Positions 1 through 11,954 of a DNA stretch of 64,000 bases are shown here, one piece after another. The notes below the pieces were generated by a model. That model saw nothing but the letters and a program-made list of their open reading frames with translations, searched no databases and was not told where the DNA came from. Source of the DNA: an uncultured delta proteobacterium (GTDB taxonomy: Bacteria; Desulfobacterota; Desulfomonilia; UBA1062); NCBI GenBank assembly GCA_963785235.1, contig CAWAUM010000001.1:192001-256000 (forward strand). Reading direction: 5' to 3'. Position 1 is the stretch's first letter; each line of letters starts with the position of its first letter. A program made the position numbers and the translations under genes.

Positions 1-405
1 CTTATTAAGAGTACCGGGGATATTCTTCTAAAAGTTGTCATATGTGCAGTAATAATAAGTATTGTGCTCTTCTTCGGTTCAGAGTGGACTATGAAGTTTT
101 TCTTGCCTGAAAGGGTTGGCTTTGATTTCTTCATTCTGAAAGCTGTAACTCTGGTGGCCTTGCCTTATTCTGTGTTTATCTACCTGAGAAGTTTCATTGA
201 TGCATTCCATGAGACATCATACAATTCAATCAATTGTTTGATATCACTAGTTGTCTTTCTCATCATGGCGGGATTAATTAGTTATGTTGTTTCAACTCGA
301 GCTGGTGTTGCTTCTGGTCTGGTGTGTGGTTTTTATACATTGGGAATGCTGACATACTATAGAATTCATTTGGACAGGGCGATCTTGACTCAGAATAAAA
401 ACTGA
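1..405 (+). CDS. 3' part of a polysaccharide flippase/export-like membrane protein (runs off window start)
   Basis: Frame +1 is open from base 1 to TGA at 403-405. Several hydrophobic TM-like segments; directly upstream of a Wzy-like gene. Confidence 0.55.
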   Translation, partial: LIKSTGDILLKVVICAVIISIVLFFGSEWTMKFFLPERVGFDFFILKAVTLVALPYSVFIYLRSFIDAFHETSYNSINCLISLVVFLIMAGLISYVVSTRAGVASGLVCGFYTLGMLTYYRIHLDRAILTQNKN

Positions 406-1748
406 TGGAACTCTTTCTTTTAATATTTTATCTCATTGTGTGGCTTGGACTCACTCAGAAAAGAAAAAGCATGGAAGGGTATTTCTCTGTGTTTTTTGTT
501 TTTGGCCTCGCTGGGTTTGCATACTTTACTCTTATTCCATTTGAAATGTATTTGAAAGGGGAAGACTACTTTTTTGTCAATAGTTGGATTAAGTTGGGAT
601 CTGTTGAAAGGAACCTAATACTGTTTCTTAAGTATTATTTCATTATTTGGTTTTTATTTTGGGTTGAAGTTATCAAAATATCGATTATTCTCAGTTAATA
701 TGGTTGTGATGGGTACTGATGATAGACCCGATAGAACATTTTTCTTACGGACCCTTGTTTTTCTATTGTGTGTTGTGTTCATATGTTTTTCCGCGTTGAT
801 TCTTTTTTATCGAGATATTTTCGCCGCACAGTATGACTATACAACAGCATACAGTTTAACATACAAATCCCCATTATACAGTTTATTAAAGATGCATTTA
901 TTGATAGCCCTCGCTCTCATTGCAGGAATTATTATGCGCACGGGATATGGTTGGAAGGGCAAGTTAATTTTCATAGTAATCGTAATTTCCATTCTGTCGG
1001 TTGGAATCTTGACGGCAGATAAAGACCCCCTCTTGTTGGCATTGCTTACATGTTGTTGTTTTTTAATTTCGAGAAAATATCATTGAAAAGATTTGTTACT
1101 TTGACACTGATAGGATCGATTATTGTTATTATTTTAGTTCCACTCTTTAACCTATATAGAACCCGAATGCCCTTTGTGGATGTTATCGATAGAATGTCAT
1201 TGAGTTCAATTTCATTTACCCGGCTTGACCCGGCAGGGCCTATGCATTCTCTTGCAAGTATAATAGGGGATGATTCACTCCAATTGAAATATGGCTCAAC
1301 ATATATAAATTCATTGGGTGTTCTGATTCCCAAAGTTATATGGCCTGATAGACCATTGGATTTATCAGAAGAGTTTGCAAAGGAATATATTAGTGACTGG
1401 AGTGAAGGTCAAGGTTTTGGATATTCTCCCTTAGCAGAAGCATATGTGAATTTCAGTATTCCTGGTGCACTTATTCAATTTTTTTTCTTTGGTTTGCTAA
1501 TAGGAAGCTTTCTCCAATTTCTTAGAACGAGAGTTTTATTCAATTACGAATTCCTTCTTGTCCCCTTTATTTATATTGTGGGCTATTATACCGTGATATT
1601 AAGCTTCCGATCCCCGTTGATCGGTCCTATCAAAATGGTGATGATGTTTACGGGGCCGTATTTTTTATTAGCTATCATACTGAAAACTCTTGGTAAAATG
1701 ATGCAAGTCATCAAAAGATTACATAGTAATATGGCACTCAACACTTGA
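405..1748 (+). CDS. O-antigen polymerase (Wzy)-like multi-TM protein, split by two frameshifts
   Basis: Overlapping hydrophobic ORFs 405-698, 664-1086 and 1050-1748 with breaks near T-runs. C-terminal IPKVIWPDRP and GFGYSPLAEAYVNF segments are typical of Wzy-type polymerases. Confidence 0.65.
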
Positions 1749-1895
1749 CATATAAAGGAATCAGTTATTGTTCGCACGATCTATTGAAGAATACACTTGC
1801 AATAACAAAGTAAACCTTTAGTTTTATGCAAAATATATCTTCTGCCAGGCTTCTGAATTCATCTTGTAGGCATTAGGTCATAATGAGTAAGAATA

Positions 1896-2880
1896 ATGCG
1901 GGTACTTTGGACACATAATTTTGACCCAACTGTAAAGAATAGCGGAAGCTTTATGCATCTATGTGCCGAGGGTGTGCGCGAACTCGGGGTTGATCTAAAA
2001 TTATGTTACCTTGGTAACCTTGGCTCAATAAGGAATATACTTCGCGCTCGGGATTACGTTAGAAGATTAGCATGTGAATTCGACATTGTTCATGCCCAGT
2101 TTGGATCGGCTTGTGCTTTTGCAACGGCAGGGGCTACGAACATACCAAAAGTACTTTCCTTGTGTGGATCGGATTGGTACCGTTACAAAGAGACGTTATG
2201 TTACCAAGCGATACATGGGCTTATTTCAACAGCAATGACGAGGCTGGTAATCCGCAATTATGACACAATTATTACTATGTCTCATCGCATGGAAAAAGAA
2301 GTTAAGGGAGTGTATCCTAATCTACATGTGCAAAGCTTCCCTAGCCCAGTCAGCCTTGAGGACTTTAAACCAATAAATAAACAGGATGCTAGGACAAAAT
2401 TAGGTTTTTCTAATGACGGGGGTAAATGGGTTCTTTTCACATCACTCTCACAGACAAACCCGATCAAGCGTGTTCCCTTGGCAATCGAGGCAGTAAAACG
2501 AGCAAATAATCATATGGGAGGTATTCGATTGCGTATTGCCTCTAACATAGCCCATGAAGTGATGCCTTTGTTTGTAGGCGCTTGTGATATGATTACTCTG
2601 CACTTCAGTATATGAGGGTTGGCCCAACGCAATTAAAGAGGCTCTTGCGTGTAACTTGCCATTCGTGTCTACCGATGTTAGTGACTTGAGGGATATTGCT
2701 TATCAGGAACCTTCTTGCCATATTTGTCCTCCAGAACCAAATATATTAGCTGATAGTATCTGCCGCACATTATCTGAATCCAACACAAATAATCTTCGTC
2801 GACATGTACTTGACATGGATTTACGAAAAGTTAGCCAGAGACATATTGATTTGTATCAGGAACTGGTTTTTAAAAATTGA
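1896..2880 (+). CDS. Glycosyltransferase family 4, one frameshift near 2600
   Basis: DIVHAQFG motif. The shifted frame reads EGWPNAIKEALACNLPFVSTDV, the GT4 EX7E motif. Confidence 0.8.
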
Positions 2881-3290
2881 TCTAATATCACTACTGTCCC
2901 AATGTTAATCGATTTGAAATATATTTCTGGAAAAGGCCATACTCCTGCATGATTGTAGATGTAGATGCCTAGCAGATTCTGGACACACAGTGTTCTCTCA
3001 GAATGACGCTATTAAGTGAACGTTGGGACAGTAATGATCTAATAAGAGGAATATCAGATAATCGAATGCAACATTCTATAAAATATGTGCCTTTTGTACA
3101 TAATTTAAATAAATGTTATACTGATATCCTCAACCTTGATTTTTCCTCCACAATAAATCGGATCAACAGCATTCCTAATCTATATCAATGATACAATGGA
3201 TCAACAAAAGTAAGGTACGATGCTCATATCTTCTTTATCCTTTGCGCTGAAACTCACTGATAAATCCTTAAAAGGAAACTTATACAGAAA

Positions 3291-4517
3291 ATGAATATCT
3301 GGTTTTTTTCCGCCTATGAACAACCAAAAGGCCACACATCAAGAACATATGACTATTCCCGTGAACTTATAAAACGCGGTCATCATGTCACAATATTCAC
3401 AAACAGCTATTTTCATAGGACCCATGAGGAGCTTTTAGGGACACACGAAAAATGGCGTGTCGAAGAGATAGACGGTGTTAGGGTTGTCTGGCTGCGAACC
3501 ATTCACTATACTGGGAACGGCTGGAGGCGCGGGATGAACATGCTCTCGTATGCGTGGCGCTCTATCCAGGTGGCCCGAGCCCTTACCGAAAAGCCGGATG
3601 TGGTTATAGGTGATTCTGTGCCGCCTAGTGCCGGTTGGGCAGCTTCAAAAATTGCAAGCGAAAAAGGCGCAGCTTTTGTTTATCAAGTGAGGGACGTTTG
3701 GCCCATTGCATTGGTTTACGATGGAGGCCTTTCTAAAAGAAGTCCGGTTTACTATGCATTTCGTTTGATTGAAAAGCACCTTTATCGCAAAGCCCAGCGC
3801 ATTTGTGCAACTATGCCATTTCTCCAGGAACATGTATCTGAGAGCGGCAGCAATCCGGAGAAAGTTGCGTGTATTCCAAATGGAGTAAATCTTGAGCCTT
3901 ACACTGGTCTTGATGGGTATGACGGTGGTGAAGAGCTTCCACTCATCGCGATGTATGTCGGCGCATATGGTTTTGCCCATGATGTGATAACCATAGTACG
4001 GGCGGCAACGATCCTTCAACAGAATGGAAATAACAAGTATCGTTTTGTGATCGTAGGCGATGGTGTGAAGCGGCCTGAATGTGAAATGGAAGCATCATTC
4101 AATAAATTATCGAATATTGAGTTTCGTGATCCAGTGCCAAAATCAGATGTGCCTCGACTTCAAATGGAGGCAGATATTTTCATTGCATGTGTTCTCGATT
4201 CGAAAGCATATAGCTTTGGTATTAATCTTAACAAGTTGTATGACTATTTTGCATCAGGAAGGCCGGTTATCTTTTCTGGTAATGCACCCAATGACCCTGT
4301 TGCTGCTTCTGGAGCCGGGTTCAGTGTTCCCCCTGAAAACCCCGATGAAATGGTCGGGGCATTACTGAGATATCTGGAGATGAGTAAAGCACAGCGGATT
4401 GAGATGGGGAAACTTGCCCGCCGATATGCTGAAAGTGAATTCGATGTAAGGAAGCTTGCTGATCGTATGGAGCAGTTATTCTTGCAGGCAATCAAAGACA
4501 AAGACCGGGATTCATGA
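3291..4517 (+). CDS. Glycosyltransferase family 4 (WbuB-like)
   Basis: 408 aa with VRDVWP, IPNGV and NKLYDYFASGRPVI motifs. Confidence 0.88.
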   Translation: MNIWFFSAYEQPKGHTSRTYDYSRELIKRGHHVTIFTNSYFHRTHEELLGTHEKWRVEEIDGVRVVWLRTIHYTGNGWRRGMNMLSYAWRSIQVARALTEKPDVVIGDSVPPSAGWAASKIASEKGAAFVYQVRDVWPIALVYDGGLSKRSPVYYAFRLIEKHLYRKAQRICATMPFLQEHVSESGSNPEKVACIPNGVNLEPYTGLDGYDGGEELPLIAMYVGAYGFAHDVITIVRAATILQQNGNNKYRFVIVGDGVKRPECEMEASFNKLSNIEFRDPVPKSDVPRLQMEADIFIACVLDSKAYSFGINLNKLYDYFASGRPVIFSGNAPNDPVAASGAGFSVPPENPDEMVGALLRYLEMSKAQRIEMGKLARRYAESEFDVRKLADRMEQLFLQAIKDKDRDS

Positions 4518-4565
4518 ATGCATATAAGCGTAAGAGAAAGATGAATAACTCTGAGGCAAAAATAT

Positions 4566-5099
4566 TTGTATTTGATATATAAAATATTGAATGACAGGGT
4601 TCCACCTACCTTGTCTGGCGTAAGATCAGACGTTACCATTTTAAAGCCTACTATAAGCAATGTATTAAAATTTGCCCAAAGCTATCATCCTTTTATAGCA
4701 TGGTGGTTTTTTCACCATAGTGGTGTGTTCTACAATAAATATTTTGTTATGGTGGTTCTTTTGGATAAGAATCAAATAGTTCACAGGACGTGCGTGTTTC
4801 CCGGCTTCTATAAATTTCCCTTCATGGACAAGGAAGATCTTCAGTTGGGAGAAATATGGACAAGAGAAGATTACAGAAACAAGGGAATAGCCACAAATGT
4901 TATAAAATATATATTGAATTTGGATCAGTATAAAAACAAGACATTCTGGTATGTGGTCGAGGAAAGTAGCTCTGAGTCAGTTAGCTTGGCTGAAAGTTCA
5001 GGTTTTTATGCCTGTTATACAGCACACAAGAAAAACAAGATGGGCATGTCGTTCATCGGAAAATATGAAATATCAACAAAGCCTGAATTCAAATCGTAA
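4566..5099 (+). CDS. GNAT-family N-acetyltransferase
   Basis: WTREDYRNKGIAT acetyl-CoA binding motif A. Start uncertain. Confidence 0.7.
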   Translation: MYLIYKILNDRVPPTLSGVRSDVTILKPTISNVLKFAQSYHPFIAWWFFHHSGVFYNKYFVMVVLLDKNQIVHRTCVFPGFYKFPFMDKEDLQLGEIWTREDYRNKGIATNVIKYILNLDQYKNKTFWYVVEESSSESVSLAESSGFYACYTAHKKNKMGMSFIGKYEISTKPEFKS

Positions 5100-5132
5100 A
5101 CAGGGAATTCACTTGAATATTGAGTTGCAGTC

Positions 5133-5726
5133 TTGATCAAGAGGACGGTTGATATCCTTTGCTGTGTTGTAGGTCTGATAGTGTTTGGGCCGGCTTTACT
5201 TTTGTTTGCCAGGAGCATAAAACGCGAAGACCATGGCCCGGTTTTCTACCGGGGTGAGCGCATAGGGCTCCACGGCAAGCCCTTTCGAATCTTCAAGTTC
5301 CGGACCATGGTGGTGGATGCAGAAAAGTTGGGGGCCTCATCCACTTCGGATGACGATGAACGAATTACGAAAATTGGCAGATTTCTTCGACGATACAAAC
5401 TTGACGAGCTCCCGCAGCTCATTAATGTATTAATAGGCGACATGAGCCTGGTTGGTCCCCGGCCCGAGGTGAAGAAGTTCACTGACCTCTATACGGACGA
5501 AGAGAAGATGATCCTTACGATCCGGCCCGGCATCACCGACTGGGCCTCCATCTGGAATCCGGATGAAGGGGCCATACTGGCAGGCAGCACGGACCCTGAC
5601 CGGGACTACCTTGAAAAGATCCGGCCGGAAAAGATTAGGCTTCAGTTGAAATATGTTCGGGAACGGTCTTTCTGGACGGATCTCAGGATCATAATCCTGA
5701 CTCTGAAGACCATTTTGATCAAGTAA
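5133..5726 (+). CDS. Undecaprenyl-phosphate sugar phosphotransferase (PglC-like)
   Basis: KRTVD, FKFRTM, KLDELPQLINVLIGDMSLVGPRPE and RPGITD motifs. Confidence 0.92.
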   Translation: MIKRTVDILCCVVGLIVFGPALLLFARSIKREDHGPVFYRGERIGLHGKPFRIFKFRTMVVDAEKLGASSTSDDDERITKIGRFLRRYKLDELPQLINVLIGDMSLVGPRPEVKKFTDLYTDEEKMILTIRPGITDWASIWNPDEGAILAGSTDPDRDYLEKIRPEKIRLQLKYVRERSFWTDLRIIILTLKTILIK

Positions 5727-5753
5727 CGGCAGCAGTGGATATGGGAGGATAGT

Positions 5754-6733
5754 ATGGGAGACTCCGTTGCATCTTTAGTTACCCTGTTCAGGATGATGGT
5801 TCGGATACGCTGCTTTGAGGAGGATCTGGTGGAGTCTATTCTGAGTGGAGATATCCACACTCCCTGCCATCTCTGCAGCGGCCAGGAGGCTGTTGCCGTG
5901 GGTCTCTGCACAGCCCTTCTCAAAAGTGATTATATTTTCGGGACCCATCGCTCCCATGGTCATTTCCTGGCAAAGGGGGGCTCCATGAAAGCGCTGGCAG
6001 CGGAGGTCTATTGCCGGGAAGCTGGCTGCTCCCGGGGCCGCGGGGGCTCCATGCACCTCATTGATCCGGATTCGGGCATGATGGGTTCGGCGCCCATCGT
6101 AGCCGGCACCATCTCCCTGGCGGTGGGTGCGGCCCTGGCATCTTCCATCCGGAAAGACAACCGGGTGACCGTGAGTTTTTTCGGCGATGGCGCCACCGGC
6201 GAAGGTGTTCTGTACGAATCCCTGAACTTTGCCGCACTGAAAAAACTCCCGATCATCTTTGCCTGTGAGAACAATCTCTATGCGACCCACATGCCGATCA
6301 GGGAATGTCGTGTGAACCAGCCCATCAGTAAGATTGCAGAGCCATTGGGTATAAAGACATATTGTGTGGATGGAAACGATGTGCTGCAGGTTTATGATGC
6401 AGGGTTGCAGGCAGTGGAAACCTGCCGTAGTGGTGAAGGGCCGGTGTTTATGGAGTTCATGACCTATCGCCTCCGGGGCCATGTGGGGCCAGATGACAAT
6501 ATCCAGGGGTTCCACACGGACATCAGGCCAAAGGATGAAATCGCCATGTGGCAGCAGAAGGACCCCATCATGAAATTTGGAGCAAGATCTGATAGAGCGG
6601 GCGATTGATTGACGGGCAGGAGCTGCAGGTGATCAGGGACGAAGTGATAAAAGAAGTGGGGGAAGCCAGGGCATACGCAAAGAGAAGCCCGTATCCACAG
6701 GCAAAGGAGATGACGAGATATGTCTTCGCATAG
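5754..6733 (+). CDS. TPP-dependent dehydrogenase E1 alpha-type subunit, frameshifted near 6580-6600
   Basis: HLCSGQEA, GRGGSMH, FFGDGA...ENNLY (TPP motif) and TYRLRGH. The C-terminus continues in another frame to TAG at 6731-6733. Confidence 0.88.
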
Positions 6734-7729
6734 AACATTACCCTACAGCCTGGCAATCAACGAGGCCCTCCACCAGATGATGGATATCGACCCTTCCGTC
6801 TTTCTCATGGGGCAGGGGGTGAAAAGTCCCTGGTATATATCCAATACGGCCAAGGGTCTCCTGGAAAGGTTCGGTAGTGATCGGGTATCGACACACCCGT
6901 TTCCGAAAATGGCGTCACCGGGGCGGCTGTGGGGGCGGCCATCGCCGGCATGAGACCCATTGTGGTTCACCCCCGGATGGATTTCATGCTGTATGCCTTG
7001 GACCCCATCATCAACCAGGCGGCAAACTGGTTCTACATGAACGGCGGTCGCGCCAATGTTCCGGTGGTATTCTGGGGCATTATCAACAGGCGGGGCGAAC
7101 AGGCGGCCCAGCACTCCCAGGCCATTCACGGAATCTTTGCCCATGTTCCAGGCCTCAAGGTGGTCATGCCTGCCACGGCTTATGACGCCAAAGGACTGAT
7201 GATCGCTGCCATCGAAGATCCCAACCCGGTGGTGTTCATGGATGAACGAATGCTGTATCACAAAGAGGACCAGGTTCCCGAAGAGATATATCGCGTGGAG
7301 ATCGGAAAGGGGTGCATCCGCAGGCAGGGCAGCGACGTGACCATCGTGGCGGTTTCCCTCATGGTTCACGAGGCCATGCAGGCGGCTGATGAGCTTGCCG
7401 CCAAGGGAGTGGATGCCGAGGTCATCGATCTGAGGACCGTCAAACCCCTTGACCAGGAACTGATAATTGACTCGGTGAAGAAGACAGGCAGGCTGGTGAT
7501 TGCAGATGTGGGATGGCAATCCTTCGGTGTTTCAGCGGAAATTGCTGCCCTGGTTTCGGAGAAGGCCTTTGGTGCCTTGAAGGAACCCATAGTGCGTGTT
7601 GCCCTGCCCGACTGCCCGGCGCCTGCCAGCAGGGCTCTGGAAGATATGTACTATCCAACTGCATATGACATCGTACAAGCAGTTCAACAGATTGGACAAG
7701 GACTTGGGAGATTATGGCATATAAGGTGA
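6720..7729 (+). CDS. TPP-dependent dehydrogenase E1 beta-type subunit, frameshift near 6885
   Basis: N-terminal AINEALHQMM, shifted DTPVSEN, then QAAQHSQ, DPNPVVF and VIDLRTVKPLD. Confidence 0.88.
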
Positions 7730-8834
7730 AGTTTGTTGAGCCGGCAAAATTGTACCGGATGATCAAGGATGAGCTCGATGCCGCCTACTTCGAGGTGATG
7801 GCAAAGGGCGACCTCATCGACCGGGCACAGTTGCGCAGGTTCGAAAAGAACCTGGCCGATTTCGTGGGCACAAAATATGCCGTGGGGCTGAACAGCGGTT
7901 ATGATGCCCTGCACATGTCCCTGCGGGCGGCCGGGATCGGCCGGGGGATGAGGTGATCGTGCCGGCCCACACCTTTGTGGCCACCTGCTCGGCCGTGGTG
8001 AACGTGGGGGCCACGCCGGTGCTGGTGGATGTGGGCAAGGATTTCAACATCGATGTGCGACAAGATCGAGGCGGCGATCACCCCGCGGACGCAGGGGATC
8101 ATCCCCGTGCATTTGAGCGGCTACATGGCCGACATGGTCCGGGTCATGGAGATCGCCGGCAGAGTATAAGCTCGTCGTCGTGGAAGACGCCTGCCAGAGC
8201 CTCGGATCAAGCATGCTTGACCCCCGGACAGGGAACAAAAAAATGGCCGGGTCATGGGGACTGACAGGCTGCTGGAGCTTCTATCCCTTCAAGATCCTGG
8301 GCGGATACGGCGACGGCGGGGCGATCACCACCAATGATCCGGACGTGGCCCTCTTTGCCACGCGCATGCGCTACAACGGCGAAGACCGGGAAACCGGGGA
8401 ATACCACGGCCACGGCTTCACCTGCCTGCTGGACAACCTGCAGGCGGCATTTCTCGATGTAAAGCTCGCGGTACCTTCCCCAGTGGATCATCCGGCGCAA
8501 AGCGATTGCAGAGCGATACCGAACAGCGCTTTCCGACCTGCCGGATCTCCTGCTGCCCCACTACGACGACCCGCGCCGCGACCATGTCTACCAGAATTAC
8601 ACGGTCCGCTCAAAACAGGGGAACGAATTCTCGGAATTCTGAAGGCAATGGCGTGGAGGTACTGACCCAGTTCCGGAAGCCTTACTACCGGCACCAGGCC
8701 TTGAAGCTTGAGGACGAGGTTCCCCGAAACGGAGGCTTGAGCCGGGAGGTATGTTCACTGCCTATGAATGTGGAGATTGATGAGACGGAAGTGGATATGT
8801 GATTGAGACGGTAAGGAAGTTTTACGGAAAATGA
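7714..8834 (+). CDS. DegT/DnrJ/EryC1/StrS sugar aminotransferase, multiple frameshifts
   Basis: Consecutive fragments carry [42 protein letters not shown] (PLP lysine) and VCSLPM. Confidence 0.85.
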
Positions 8835-8876
8835 CCCCAGTACGAAAGGATTTCGAAACAACCATGACCTAGGCCA

Positions 8877-10019
8877 TTGAGTGAGCGTCATCAGTGGGTC
8901 TTGCAGTCGGAGATCCGGAACATGTCCATCGAGTGCGAACGCATGGGCGGGGTGAACCTCTCCCAGGGCGTGTGCGATACCCAGACGCCGCCTGTTGTGC
9001 TCCAAGGCGCCAGGGAGGCCATGGATCAGGGCATAAACACCTACACCCACTACGCCGGTTTGATGGAGCTCCGTCAGGCCATTGCCGGCAAGCAGAAGCG
9101 TTTCACCGGCATGGACGTCGATCCGGAAAGCGAGATCATTGTCAGCGCGGGTTCCACGGGTGCGTTTTACTGCACCTGCCTGGCACTGCTGAATCCCGGT
9201 GACGAGGTGATCCTCTTCGAGCCGTACTATGGCTACCATGTCAATACACTGGTGGCCACCGGGGCGGTTCCCCTGTATGTGCGGATGCAGCCGCCTGAGT
9301 GGTCATTCTCCCTGGAGGAGCTCGAGCGGGTGGTCACGCCCCGGACAAGGGGAATCATGGTCAATTCACCGGCCAACCCATCCGGAAAGGTCTTTTCGCG
9401 CAGTGAGCTTGAACTGGTTGCCGACTTTGCCGTAAGGCACGATCTGTTTGTGTTTACCGATGAGATCTACGAACATTTTCTCTACGATGACAACGTGCAC
9501 ATCCCGCCCATGACCCTGCCGGGCATGCGGGAGAGGACCATCACCATCTCCGGCGTTTCCAAGACCTTCAGCATCACGGGCTGGCGGGTGGGGTATTGCA
9601 TCTGCGATGCCCGCTGGAGCCAGACCATCGGGCATTTCAATGATCTGGTCTATGTCTGCGCACCTGCACCGCTGCAGATGGGGGTGGCCAGAGGGCTCAA
9701 CGAACTTCAGGCGGATTATTACCAGGATCTGGAGCAGGAATACCGGGGCAAGCGTGAAAAGATATGCACGGCCCTGGCCCGGGCCGGGCTGACACCCATC
9801 GTGCCAGGGGGGGCCTACTATGTGCTGGCAGATATATCGAGACTGCCGGGAATAAACAGCAAGGAAAAGGCCATGTATCTGCTGCACAAGACCGGTGTGG
9901 CATGTGTTCCGGGAAAGGCCTTCTACCATGATGACTCGGGGGAAGGACTTGCCCGGTTCTGTTTTGCAAAAGAAGACCCCATCCTGGATCAGGCATGCCG
10001 CAGCCTTGAAAGCCTGTAG
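8877..10019 (+). CDS. PLP-dependent class I/II aminotransferase
   Basis: NSPANPSGKV, DEIYE and SGVSKTFSITGWRVGY motifs. Confidence 0.9.
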   Translation: MSERHQWVLQSEIRNMSIECERMGGVNLSQGVCDTQTPPVVLQGAREAMDQGINTYTHYAGLMELRQAIAGKQKRFTGMDVDPESEIIVSAGSTGAFYCTCLALLNPGDEVILFEPYYGYHVNTLVATGAVPLYVRMQPPEWSFSLEELERVVTPRTRGIMVNSPANPSGKVFSRSELELVADFAVRHDLFVFTDEIYEHFLYDDNVHIPPMTLPGMRERTITISGVSKTFSITGWRVGYCICDARWSQTIGHFNDLVYVCAPAPLQMGVARGLNELQADYYQDLEQEYRGKREKICTALARAGLTPIVPGGAYYVLADISRLPGINSKEKAMYLLHKTGVACVPGKAFYHDDSGEGLARFCFAKEDPILDQACRSLESL

Positions 10020-10103
10020 AGAATAAACAGAGCAGGGGTGGTTTTCGCAATGCAAAGGTCACAAACTTTTGATAGATATCTTGTTGCATGATTTGCAATA
10101 AGA

Positions 10104-11288
10104 GTGCATATTATCTGCATGTGGATAGATAGGCATTCAGAAGTCTTGCTTAGGCGCATGGCGGATCAATTTCCTGCCGTGCTGGTCACCGGGGCCAGGC
10201 AGGCCGGGAAGACATCGATATTGCGCCATTTGTATCCGCATGCCTCATACCTCAGCCTTGATCTTCCGGCCAATGCCGAAGCCGCACAAACGGCTCCGGT
10301 GCAGTTTCTTGAAAAATATCCGGAACCGGTGATTATCGATGAAATTCAGTATGCCCCCACTTTGCTGCGACATCTGAAATACCGGATAGACAAAGATCGC
10401 TCCCCTGGGCGATATCTTTTGACCGGATCACAGGTTTTTCCGCTTATGCAGGGCGTTTCCGAAAGCCTCGCCGGCAGATGTGCGGTTTTGAACCTGCATA
10501 CCCTGTCCAGAGCTGAATTGCTTGATGCCAATCGCCCCATAGAAGAGACTTCCTATATTTTTCTTGGCGGATATCCGGAGTTGTATGCCGGTGTTGATGC
10601 GGATTTATGGTTTCCTGCCTATGTGGCCACCTACCTGGAACGGGATGTGCGTAACATTCTTCGGGTTGTGGATCTGCAGGACTTTAATCGATTCATTCGC
10701 GCCTGTGCGCTCAGGTCATCGCAGGTTCTCAACTATTCCGATCTTGCTAGGGATACCGGGATTGCGCCAAACACCGCCCGTAAATGGCTGAGTCTTTTGC
10801 AAACCTCAGCCGTTATTGCCCTGATTGAACCTTATTTTGGAAATCGGACCAAGCGATTGATCAAAGCACCGAAGCTGATTTTTTTGGACACCGGCCTGGC
10901 GGCCTTCCTCGCCGGGTTTCGTTCTGAGAAGGATTTATTCGCGTCATCTCTTGCAGGGGCTTTCTATGAGTCATATGTTTTCGGACAAATACTAAGACAG
11001 GCATCGTCAAAGGGGAATCCCACACCCATCAACTACTGGCGTACCGCCAATGGTCCAGAGGTCGATATGGTCATTGAGCAAGCCGGGGGGTTGGTCGTGG
11101 CTATTGAATGTAAATTGAAGGAGCACCCGGATTCTGCGGATGCCGCCGGCCTTAGGTCTCTGGCAGAAGCAGAAAAGGGCCGCATCAAAGAAAAGTTTGT
11201 AGTATGTCGAACGAAAGTCACTTACAAACTCCCCGATGGGATATGGGTTATGAATCTCCCTGAATTGCTGAAAAATATATCCTTTTGA
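10104..11288 (+). CDS. AAA-family ATPase (AAA_14 plus DUF4143-type C-terminus)
   Basis: Walker A GARQAGKT, IIDEIQ, LLTGS, ESLAGR, DTGL and C-terminal EVD...IECK. Confidence 0.88.
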   Translation: MHIICMWIDRHSEVLLRRMADQFPAVLVTGARQAGKTSILRHLYPHASYLSLDLPANAEAAQTAPVQFLEKYPEPVIIDEIQYAPTLLRHLKYRIDKDRSPGRYLLTGSQVFPLMQGVSESLAGRCAVLNLHTLSRAELLDANRPIEETSYIFLGGYPELYAGVDADLWFPAYVATYLERDVRNILRVVDLQDFNRFIRACALRSSQVLNYSDLARDTGIAPNTARKWLSLLQTSAVIALIEPYFGNRTKRLIKAPKLIFLDTGLAAFLAGFRSEKDLFASSLAGAFYESYVFGQILRQASSKGNPTPINYWRTANGPEVDMVIEQAGGLVVAIECKLKEHPDSADAAGLRSLAEAEKGRIKEKFVVCRTKVTYKLPDGIWVMNLPELLKNISF

Positions 11289-11583
11289 GCTAATTAAGAA
11301 ACGAAAAAAAGATGTCACCCCCTGGCCTGCTCTGCCATAGCAGCGTGAATGGCTGCGAAGGCATGACATGTTCAATGTGTGATCGACAAGCAGTATCTTC
11401 ATTATGAATCCTGAAAAAAATGACCTGGAATAGGGGTGCCCGTAATAGGTGTTGATTTTTTCAATACAAAGATTATTATGTACCCATTGAAGAAGGCACC
11501 TGAGACATTCCCTTAACAGCCGGTCGGGATGAGATAGGTTTAAGCATATATATTTACTCTTTTTTTATGAAGGAGCACGCGCG

Positions 11584-11910
11584 ATGAAGCTGTTCACAAA
11601 CTGGAAAACAGCATTGGTTACCCTGGTTGTTTTTGCTTTCAGCATGGTTTTTTTGCCCGGGTTTACTGCAACGGCCATGGCAGCGGATACCGCCGCTCCA
11701 AGTGATACCGGAGCGGGCGCGACAGACTCTGATAATGACGGGGCAGCGGGAGTTGCAGGTGCCGGTGAAGCAGGTGCTTCCGGAGGCGAAGCCACCTATG
11801 CCGGGCTCACAGCAGGTACAATAGCTGCCGGGGCAGTAGTGCTGGCGGCAGGAATAGCCATAATTGCTGCCTCAAACAGCGGGTCATCATCTTCAACCGC
11901 TCATCATTAA
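11584..11910 (+). CDS. Small exported Ala/Gly-rich protein with C-terminal hydrophobic helix and Ser-rich tail (YjbE/GfcA-like)
   Basis: AAGGAG RBS, signal peptide, low-complexity middle and tail SNSGSSSSTAHH. Located upstream of wzz. Confidence 0.6.
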   Translation: MKLFTNWKTALVTLVVFAFSMVFLPGFTATAMAADTAAPSDTGAGATDSDNDGAAGVAGAGEAGASGGEATYAGLTAGTIAAGAVVLAAGIAIIAASNSGSSSSTAHH

Positions 11911-11954
11911 ACTACAGTGAATCTTCACCTATTCTTGATAGGTGACTATCAGGA

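Noticed and set aside
2955-3191. TTCTGGACAC motif resembling an IS3-family end, plus a 62-aa ORF
   Set aside because: No partner repeat or transposase; too short to support.
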